A stretch of DNA of 64,000 bases from Candidatus Nanohaloarchaea archaeon. Its GTDB lineage: Archaea > Nanohalarchaeota > Nanosalinia > Nanosalinales > Nanosalinaceae. Below the pieces are notes generated by a model, which was not told the origin of the DNA, did not search any database, and saw only the letters and a program-made list of their open reading frames with translations. Positions 56,942 to 64,000 of this stretch are shown here, one piece after another. Every line of letters begins with the position of its first letter. Position 1 is the first letter of the stretch. The stretch lies in NCBI GenBank assembly GCA_042218075.1, contig JBDGRK010000003.1, positions 32,001 to 96,000 on the forward strand, read 5' to 3'. Position numbers and translations under genes: made by a program.

Positions 56942-57407
56942 GAACTGAATCTAATAATCTTCCTATCATCCAGTAATCTTCTACCTTACCTGTCATTCTT
57001 CTTCTAGAGGAATCACTGAACCTGTTTTGAGCTAGGTCAATATCTTCCAGGTAACCCATTACAGCTCCGTAGGCACTGTTACTTACGGAAAACTGACTAT
57101 TGCTGACCGCTCTATTTGCAGGAGTTAATTTTGAGCATGCTGTTCTGCATACCTCCTGATAGTAATTTTCTATCATCGAGACATGGATCTCATCTACCTT
57201 CTCATCGGAGTTGACCAGTTCTTCATACTTTTCAAAGGCTTTTCTGATAATTTCAAGACCTTCTCTACCCCGGTATCGGATATAATCAGTTTCTTCACTG
57301 ACAAAATTATCTAGACTGTCATGCTCGCTTAAATCGAAGTCAGAAGCTTCGCTCAGCATGTAAATTAACTCAAGGTCTTTCTCACTTTCTACTTGAACTG
57401 AACTCAT
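56916..57407 (-). CDS. Hypothetical AT-rich orphan
   Basis: Acidic ORF, probable start MSSVQV; overlaps uppP 3' end. Confidence 0.5.
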   Translation of the reverse strand: MSSVQVESEKDLELIYMLSEASDFDLSEHDSLDNFVSEETDYIRYRGREGLEIIRKAFEKYEELVNSDEKVDEIHVSMIENYYQEVCRTACSKLTPANRAVSNSQFSVSNSAYGAVMGYLEDIDLAQNRFSDSSRRRMTGKVEDYWMIGRLLDSVPREKLEQN

Positions 57408-57458
57408 ACCGCAGTTTTTAGACCCAAAATTAATAGTATGTTTATCCAAACTCAAATT

Positions 57459-58019
57459 ATGAGAAAAGTTATTGTCATAGGCGGAGGAGTTTCCGGTCTA
57501 CAAGCAGGTGTTTTCACGGCAAAAGCCGGCGAAGACACTCTAGTTCTCGATACTGACGAGTCACTTGTATTCAACACTTCAAACATCCAGAACCTAATAG
57601 GCCACGAGTCAGTATCAGGGCAGGAGCTGATCAGGTCGGGCAGGAACAAGCTGGAAGAGTTCGATGGAGAATTAAAGGAGGAAAAAGTCGAGAAAGTTGA
57701 GAGAACTGATGACGGCTTCAGGATCGAGACCGAAAACGGGGAGCACGAATCCGAGTACATCATCGTTGCTTCCGCCGGGGAACTGGATTTCCTCGATCCT
57801 CTAGAGCTTGAATTCGAGGATGGCGTGGAAGGACCCTACATGATGGAGGAGCATATCAGGACCGACGACTCAAATAAAGCAGGAGAGGGAATCTACGCCG
57901 CAGGACTCGCCAACTCCTGGGAGTACCAGACCTCCACTGCTATAGGAGACGGGGCGAAAGCCGCTTTAAACCTGATCTCTGAGATTAATGGAGAACCATA
58001 TACAGATCACGATACCTGA
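57459..58019 (+). CDS. Short thioredoxin-reductase-like FAD-binding oxidoreductase
   Basis: GGGVSG, IVASAG, IYAAG, AIGDGAKAA; no CxxC or NADPH domain. Confidence 0.8.
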   Translation: MRKVIVIGGGVSGLQAGVFTAKAGEDTLVLDTDESLVFNTSNIQNLIGHESVSGQELIRSGRNKLEEFDGELKEEKVEKVERTDDGFRIETENGEHESEYIIVASAGELDFLDPLELEFEDGVEGPYMMEEHIRTDDSNKAGEGIYAAGLANSWEYQTSTAIGDGAKAALNLISEINGEPYTDHDT

Positions 58020-58067
58020 GAACTCTACTGTAACAATAAGGTTAATAAGCAAATGCGCAGTTAGCCT

Positions 58068-58415
58068 ATAGCCCTACTAGGTTCCATCATAGTGTTCCTG
58101 GTCAGCCTGGTTATAGGCTACCTGGGAATCTATACAGGCAGTATGATAGTTGCTGGAGGCAGTTTCGGGAGAGCTTTTGGAACAGCCTTAATAGGAGCTA
58201 TTGCCTGGGCTCTTTTGTCATGGATACCTCTGATCGGTTCGGCTCTGGCATTGATTGCCTGGGTTACAGTGATCAACATGCGGTACGAGGGAGGATGGAT
58301 TAATGCGATCCCTATCGAGGCGGTATCCTGGATCGCTACTCTCTTCATACTGTACCTTCTGGTGCAGTTTGGAATAGGAGATTTCAATCCGGTAAGTGTG
58401 CCGGGCACAACTTGA
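58068..58415 (+). CDS. Small four-TM membrane protein (start ambiguous)
   Basis: Hydrophobic ORF, open from ATA 58068; first canonical start GTG 58092. Confidence 0.6.
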   Translation: MALLGSIIVFLVSLVIGYLGIYTGSMIVAGGSFGRAFGTALIGAIAWALLSWIPLIGSALALIAWVTVINMRYEGGWINAIPIEAVSWIATLFILYLLVQFGIGDFNPVSVPGTT

Positions 58416-58431
58416 ATTACATTATTGTTTC

Positions 58432-59160
58432 TCAGTCGATGTAACTGCTAACAGTCTTTGCTCCTTCTACCAGCCTGGGCCCCGGACGGTTCAGTAGAGC
58501 GTCATCGATCACATGAACATTTTCCTCTTGTACCGCTGTAATTTCACTCCAGTCATCCCTCTTGAGAACTTCTTCAGGACTCAGGTTGTCTCCGGCACCG
58601 CAGACGTTCAGAAAAATGTATTCCGGATCAAACCCCTTCAGCTCTTGGAGATCAAATTCTCGGCTTCTTCCACCATCGATAAAGTATTCTCCTCCAATAT
58701 ACCTGACAAGATCTGGAATCCAGTTGCCGGAAACCATCGGCGGATCCATCCACTCCTCGCAGTAGATCCTGGGACTATCCTTAAGCTCAAACCCTTCCAA
58801 TTCAGCTTGCATCTCACTTACAACGGCTTCAGCCTCGCTTTCCATACCGATTCGCTCCCCTATCGAGACAATTGACTTGAAAACCTCCTCAAGACTGTGA
58901 GGCTTTACCTGGAACACATCAAAGCCCGTGTCCTCGAGCTTCTCCACCGCTCTATCCTGCAGGTCATCCGAGGCCATGATTAAATCAGGTTCAAATTTTT
59001 GAATTCGATCGATCTCAGGATTGGTCCAGCCGCCAACCGAGGGCTTTTGCCTCGCCTCGGTAGGGTGATCACATAGCGAGGTTGTCGCAACGATCCTGTT
59101 TGCTGCTCCTATGCTGTACAGAATTTCAGTGTTGGAAGGTGCCAGTGAAACTATTCTCAT
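58432..59160 (-). CDS. Cobalamin-binding (BtuF-like) protein without signal peptide
   Basis: MRIVSLAPSNTEILY, CDHP, RPGPRL. Confidence 0.85.
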   Translation of the reverse strand: MRIVSLAPSNTEILYSIGAANRIVATTSLCDHPTEARQKPSVGGWTNPEIDRIQKFEPDLIMASDDLQDRAVEKLEDTGFDVFQVKPHSLEEVFKSIVSIGERIGMESEAEAVVSEMQAELEGFELKDSPRIYCEEWMDPPMVSGNWIPDLVRYIGGEYFIDGGRSREFDLQELKGFDPEYIFLNVCGAGDNLSPEEVLKRDDWSEITAVQEENVHVIDDALLNRPGPRLVEGAKTVSSYID

Positions 59161-59166
59161 CTTATA

Positions 59167-59499
59167 TCACCTCTCTAGAGCGGCAATAATTTGCTCTCCA
59201 TTATTTATTTCGTCCTCAAAGAAAATAAATTCGGCTTCTTTCTCCCCTGGATCGTATACAAGTCGGCCCATTTTACTCTGTTCAAAGTAAACCTGGATCA
59301 TGTAGTCCTGGCCCTCAAAAATCTCCCATTCGTCAGCAACTTCTCCAATACTTTTTCCAGTAGCTTTCGGTGTTGCACCTCCAGTATCGGTTTCCTTGGG
59401 AACAATCTCATAGTAGTCGATCTCAAGTGAAGTCGATCCCATTGATTCCCTGCATTTAGTGAGGTAGTCCTCAATATTGTAGATGTAACTAGAAGTCAT
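59167..59499 (-). CDS. Hypothetical orphan
   Basis: Acidic 110 aa ORF. Confidence 0.5.
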   Translation of the reverse strand: MTSSYIYNIEDYLTKCRESMGSTSLEIDYYEIVPKETDTGGATPKATGKSIGEVADEWEIFEGQDYMIQVYFEQSKMGRLVYDPGEKEAEFIFFEDEINNGEQIIAALER

Positions 59500-59560
59500 G
59501 AATCCGATTCTCTAAATATTGTGCCGGAAACGTTTTGAATCTGGTGATCACTTCTAACAC

Positions 59561-60403
59561 ATGACTTTCAGAGTAGGTGCACACGTTTCGATCTCGGGCG
59601 GTGTGGAAAAAGCTGTAGATAGACAAAAAGGAGAGAATGGAAACTGTGGACAGATATTCGCGGGAAGTCCAAGAACCTGGAGCGTTTCGGAATACACTCA
59701 AGAGGATGGAGAAACGTTCCAGGAAGCGAGGCAAAGGGAAGATCAGCACCCATACGTCATACATTCCACCTACCTTGTGAACCTAGCAACTCCAAAGGAT
59801 GATCTCTTCCAGAAATCGCTGAAATGTCTACAGGCAGAGCTTGAGGCTGCTCGCAACCTGGGAATAGAGTATGTTGTTTTCCATCCAGGCGCACACACCG
59901 GATCGGGCCGGAAGAACGGAATCACGAGGATAGCTGAAGGAATTGATGAACTGGAAATCCCCGAAGAAGTGACGCTGCTGCTCGAAAATACAGCGGGAAA
60001 GGGCACAACCCTTGGAAAGACAATGGGGGAGCTCAGGCAGATGATGGATAAAGCGGACACAGATGGTGAAAAGCTTGGAGTCTGCATCGATACCTGTCAC
60101 GCCCACGCAGCGGGTTATGAACTGAGGAAGGAAGAAGGTTTCTCGGATTTCATCCAGGAAATGGAGAAAGATCTGGGCATTGATAGAGTAAAAGTAATCC
60201 ACCTGAACGATTCGAAGGATGAGAAAGGCAGCGAGAAAGACAACCACGAGGACATAGGCCAAGGAAACATAGGTGAAGACGGTTTCAGGAACTTGGTCAA
60301 TTCATCGGAACTTGAGCAGAAGCCCATGATACTTGAGACCCCACAGGACCACAGGGAAAGCTACAGGCAGAACGTGGAGAAGATCAGGCAACTGAGAGAA
60401 TAG
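59561..60403 (+). CDS. nfo: Endonuclease IV
   Basis: GAHVS, HSTYLVNL, FHPG, LENTAG, DTCH, HLNDS, DNH, LETP. Confidence 0.96.
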   Translation: MTFRVGAHVSISGGVEKAVDRQKGENGNCGQIFAGSPRTWSVSEYTQEDGETFQEARQREDQHPYVIHSTYLVNLATPKDDLFQKSLKCLQAELEAARNLGIEYVVFHPGAHTGSGRKNGITRIAEGIDELEIPEEVTLLLENTAGKGTTLGKTMGELRQMMDKADTDGEKLGVCIDTCHAHAAGYELRKEEGFSDFIQEMEKDLGIDRVKVIHLNDSKDEKGSEKDNHEDIGQGNIGEDGFRNLVNSSELEQKPMILETPQDHRESYRQNVEKIRQLRE

Positions 60404-60523
60404 TATCTTGATTAACAAGAATCACAGTTTAATTTAAGCGATTTTAAGTCTAAAAATATTTTAGAAACCGTTATATTTGTTTTAGTGGTTATATTTTTTA
60501 TACATAGATTTCAATCTGGAGAT

Positions 60524-60676
60524 ATGAATCTGATCTACCTGATATCAGTGACTGCAAAAATTGCAACTATCCTTGGTTTTCTACTAACAGTGGCTCAATT
60601 GCAGCGGGCAGTAAATGCCATAAAGAACCAAGACCGAATTAAAGATAGCGAGCACTTTACTGTAATAAACAGGTGA
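60524..60676 (+). CDS. Small single-TM protein
   Basis: MNLIYLISVTAKIATILGFLLTVAQLQ. Confidence 0.4.
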   Translation: MNLIYLISVTAKIATILGFLLTVAQLQRAVNAIKNQDRIKDSEHFTVINR

Positions 60677-60681
60677 TTTAG

Positions 60682-61058
60682 GTGGAAGAGCTTGACGTAG
60701 CAGAGGGAGGCATCAGAATCTGGCAGCCTATTTCCGAATTATAGGTGATAAGGAGATATTCAGCAGAACCCTGGAGGAAGGCGCCATAAGTGTTTACGCG
60801 GACCACGGAGAGATCATCTTCTCCTACATACACGATCGGTTAGGTAAGAAAGTCGTGAAAGCGGATTTAAACGAATACGTGGAAGATGAAAAAGGAAGCG
60901 TCAGTATGAAAATGAATTGGAGTGTAGAAGAGAACAGTCTGAGAATAGATATAGACGGTAAAGAGGTGTTTGAAGGCTGCATCTCAGGAGAAAATACCGG
61001 AGTAAATGAGAGGCAAAGGGAATCCCGAGCAGAAAAATTCAGTTTTTTCAGTCTTTGA
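60682..61058 (+). pseudogene. Frameshifted hypothetical gene
   Basis: GTG after SD AGGTGA gives VEELDVAEGGIRIWQPISEL*; a shifted frame near 60738 continues IGDKEIFSRTLEEG.. into ORF 60855-61058. Confidence 0.45.
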
Positions 61059-61104
61059 ATATTTGACCGTTCATCTTATTAACAAATGTTACTCAGCATA
61101 AGAC

Positions 61105-62034
61105 ATGCCGCTTCACGGGCTGAAGGCCGACCTGGAGCTAATCGTACTTGTTTTATCAGCCGGAATCGTTTCATTTTTCGTTTCGGGAGCAGTATTCTCG
61201 AATGTCATGTTTACCGTATTGCTTGTCGCTCTGTTCTTCCTTATGGGCCTTCATGCCGACCTGAGGTTTTTCCAGGCCTTGAGAACTAGGAGGAAGGAGA
61301 TCATGTTGTCGCTGGAAGGTATTTTCATTTTGGCACCGGTCATAGCTTTCGTTTTTTCCTACATTCCCGGGCCTATCGGAAAGGCTGTTCTCGTGGTCGG
61401 GGTATCGGCTTCGGCGTTTGGATCTCCAAAGATATGGTCTAACATTTCTAACTCGGATGGAGAGCTTGTATCCTTCGCGGCGACCTTCAGTCTGCTGGGA
61501 TCTGTAGCAATTCTACCCCTGATAATGCAGGTGTATCCGCTCGAAATAGAAATGGATCTTTTACTCGGGAACTTACCCTTTGTTGTGGTACCCTTCCTTG
61601 TGGGCGTGGTTTCACAGAGCTATGAAACAGGGATTTTGGAGGATATAAGGCTTCACTTCTCAAAGCTCAGTTTCTGGCTTATAGTGGCTATAACCCTGGT
61701 ACAGGCCCGGCTTCTCTACGTGAACGAGGGATTGTTACAGCTATCAGTTCTGGCTCTCAGCTCCCTTGTTTTCATTCTTTTCATAATCATGAGTTTTGGA
61801 TACTCACACCTTCTCTCAAGGATGTCGGGATTCTACGAGAAGGAAGCCAGGAGCATCGGCTACATAACTTCAAGCAAGAATATTGGCGTGGCGCTTTTCA
61901 TCGCGGCCCAGGTTTCAGGGGAGGTAATACTTCTGGTTTGCCTCTACTACTTCGTAAGACAGCTCACAGGTCTAGCCATCACAGATCTGTACCGACATGG
62001 AGAAACCAGGCTGAAGGATAGAGTAGCCTTTTAA
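61105..62034 (+). CDS. Bile acid:Na+ symporter (SBF/BASS) family membrane protein
   Basis: FLMGL, LAPVIAF, KNIGVAL; about ten TM segments. Confidence 0.72.
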   Translation: MPLHGLKADLELIVLVLSAGIVSFFVSGAVFSNVMFTVLLVALFFLMGLHADLRFFQALRTRRKEIMLSLEGIFILAPVIAFVFSYIPGPIGKAVLVVGVSASAFGSPKIWSNISNSDGELVSFAATFSLLGSVAILPLIMQVYPLEIEMDLLLGNLPFVVVPFLVGVVSQSYETGILEDIRLHFSKLSFWLIVAITLVQARLLYVNEGLLQLSVLALSSLVFILFIIMSFGYSHLLSRMSGFYEKEARSIGYITSSKNIGVALFIAAQVSGEVILLVCLYYFVRQLTGLAITDLYRHGETRLKDRVAF

Positions 62035-62105
62035 AACTGATACCCGAATTTCGATATATAAAGTCGATACATATTGATATCGATTTCTAATTTGAAGTGA
62101 AATTT

Positions 62106-62609
62106 ATGAGCGAAATACATCGAGACCAAAGAGTGGGCGTCTACGTGGACGTCCAGAACATGTACTACAGCGCAAAAAACCTTTACGATTCAAAAGTTGA
62201 TTTCGAGAAACTGCTTGACAGGGCGGTGATGAACCGTGCACTGGTAAGGGCGAAGGCCTACGTTATACAGGCAGACACGCCTGACGAATCAAACTTTTTC
62301 GAGGCCCTCCGCCAGATAGGATACGAAGTGAAGCAGAAAGAGCTGAAGGAATTCTACGGAGGACAGAAAAAGGGAGACTGGGACATAGGAATAACCATCG
62401 ACATGGTGCAGGAGGCAAAGAAGCTCGATTCAGTGATTCTTGTGACCGGAGACGGAGACTTCGCACCTGTGGTAAACCACCTGCAATCAATGGGATGCAG
62501 GGTTGAGGTAATGAGCTTCGGAAGTTCCTCTGCAAAAGAGATTAGACAGGCAGCGACCAAGTTCCTTGACATGGATGAAAACCCGGAGAAATACCTGGTA
62601 GATGACTGA
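62106..62609 (+). CDS. NYN-domain protein (LabA/DUF88)
   Basis: VDVQN, KGDWDIG, TGDGDF. Confidence 0.9.
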   Translation: MSEIHRDQRVGVYVDVQNMYYSAKNLYDSKVDFEKLLDRAVMNRALVRAKAYVIQADTPDESNFFEALRQIGYEVKQKELKEFYGGQKKGDWDIGITIDMVQEAKKLDSVILVTGDGDFAPVVNHLQSMGCRVEVMSFGSSSAKEIRQAATKFLDMDENPEKYLVDD

Positions 62610-62612
62610 ATA

Positions 62613-63782
62613 ATGACGTCAGTAGAGAAGGTTGCCGCCCTGGAAGTGATGGAGGAGGATCCGGTTACAGTCCAGAGGCACAGAAACCTGGGATCCGTAA
62701 AGAACCTGATGGAGGAGGAAGAGCTGAGAGCAATCACCGTGGTCGACTCTGAGGATAGACTTGAGGGAGCGGTCAGCTACAGGGAGCTTATCAGGCATAT
62801 TAAGTTCAATCCGGGCGAGTCGAATATTGGAAAGGTGATGCACCAGCCACCCAAGTTTGATCAGAAGGATTCCCTGGTGGAATTGTGCGACCTCAGGATC
62901 AACTCGGGTAGAAAGCTTCTGGTTGCCCTGGATAGTGGGAAGCTCGCGGGTGTAATCGGCGATGAACAGTTCAGGCAGGCATTCAGTGGTATAGAAGAGC
63001 TTCAGGATGTCACTACAGGAAATCTGGCATCAAGAAATGTTGAAACAGTCGAAGAATCGGAAAGCCTGGAGAAGGCCAGGCACAGCATGCTTGACAACAA
63101 TATATCCAGGCTGCCTGTCGTTGACTCAAGTGAAAATCTCACCGGTATAGTAAGAAGTACAGATCTGCTGAGGATGATCGTTCCGATGGAATCCCAGGAC
63201 GCAGGAGGAACATCAGGAGGAAGAAAAAATGCCAGGGATATCAATATTGCGGGAGGATCAGAGAAGCAGAAAATGTCGGATATCCCTGTCAGGGAATTGA
63301 TGAAAAAGAATGTGGATTCAAGTGAACACCACATCGAAGCCAGCTCAGCCGCGGAAAAGTTTGAAAGCCAGGGGCTGAAAGAGATGATTTTTACCGATCA
63401 GGGCCATCCGGATTCAATTCTGAGCCTGAAGGATTTCGTGGATTATCTTGCGGAGTTTGCACCCGGTAGAACGATAATGGTTAATCTGATAGGACTTGAG
63501 ATGCCAGAGGAAAAGGCTGCTGTCCACGACAAGATAAGCAACCAGCTGAGAGGTTCCCTTGGCCGTAAACTTGAGAGACCGGAGGAACTGACTGTCAGGT
63601 TCAAGAAGGCCGAGAAAGACGGTAAAAAGCACAGGTGGGAGATAGAGATGAAGCTTTACTCCGAGTACGGCATGCTGAACGTGGAGGAAGAGGCCTGGGA
63701 CATGCTGGAGGCTGTCGATGAAGCCCTGGGAGAGCTTGACTCCATTGTCAGGAAAAGAAAGGAGAGGCGAAAGGAACACTGA
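62613..63782 (+). CDS. Four-CBS-domain protein with C-terminal HPF/RaiA-like domain (putative ribosome hibernation factor)
   Basis: CBS repeats (ISRLPVVD..LTGIV); C-terminal pattern ending WDMLEAVDEALGELDSIVRKRKE. Confidence 0.75.
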   Translation: MTSVEKVAALEVMEEDPVTVQRHRNLGSVKNLMEEEELRAITVVDSEDRLEGAVSYRELIRHIKFNPGESNIGKVMHQPPKFDQKDSLVELCDLRINSGRKLLVALDSGKLAGVIGDEQFRQAFSGIEELQDVTTGNLASRNVETVEESESLEKARHSMLDNNISRLPVVDSSENLTGIVRSTDLLRMIVPMESQDAGGTSGGRKNARDINIAGGSEKQKMSDIPVRELMKKNVDSSEHHIEASSAAEKFESQGLKEMIFTDQGHPDSILSLKDFVDYLAEFAPGRTIMVNLIGLEMPEEKAAVHDKISNQLRGSLGRKLERPEELTVRFKKAEKDGKKHRWEIEMKLYSEYGMLNVEEEAWDMLEAVDEALGELDSIVRKRKERRKEH

Positions 63783-64000
63783 TCAGCCAAGCTCTTCTTT
63801 CTCCATCTTCTCAAGCTTGCTTTGCTGCGAGATTCCATATTTCTCGGCGATTTTTTCGAACCCCATCGCCGCATAGATCAGGTAGATGAAAACCGCCACA
63901 AGCGTGAAGTAGAGCGGGTACTTGGCAGCTAATGATCCCGAGAAAAAAGTGTTGTAAAGCTGGTAGTACGAAACGTATAGAAGCAGTACCGCGATAGCCA
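63783..64000 (-). CDS. Membrane protein, 3' part (truncated by window)
   Basis: Open hydrophobic frame ..AIAVLLLYVSYY..YPLYFTLVAVFIYLIYAAMGFEKIAEKYG.. Confidence 0.6.
   Translation of the reverse strand, partial: AIAVLLLYVSYYQLYNTFFSGSLAAKYPLYFTLVAVFIYLIYAAMGFEKIAEKYGISQQSKLEKMEKEELG

Overview
Compact archaeal chromosome segment with an acidic proteome, many leaderless genes and a single-fold histone. It is most consistent with a nanohaloarchaeon (Nanohaloarchaeota, DPANN); this is an inference from gene content and composition. Core genes include ABCE1, a NusA-like protein, FtsZ, GatC, Dcd, a full A1Ao ATP synthase operon, Trm1, TFB, Nob1, histone, aIF5A, CCA enzyme, AdkA, Elp3, DNA ligase, L15e, L40e, Endo IV and an intron-containing tRNA-Thr(GGT). 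There are also two VapBC pairs, a decayed integrative element and many AT-rich orphan genes. Top leads: (1) upstream of ftsZ, four hairpins about 35 nt apart with different stems but an identical UUGGGC loop, plus a structured C-rich element downstream of ftsZ; (2) an ABCE1 whose Fe-S domain has no cysteines; (3) a cluster of a coiled-coil/XRE-HTH protein, a large split metal-binding TIM barrel and an MNT-HEPN-like protein; (4) a duplicated cassette of operator, TATA and zinc microprotein, with one copy coupled to a PD-(D/E)XK-like gene; (5) three orphan genes inside the ATP synthase operon and an 11-codon uORF abutting atpK; (6) a CBS-HPF hibernation-factor architecture. All calls come from reading the sequence by eye; no searches were run.
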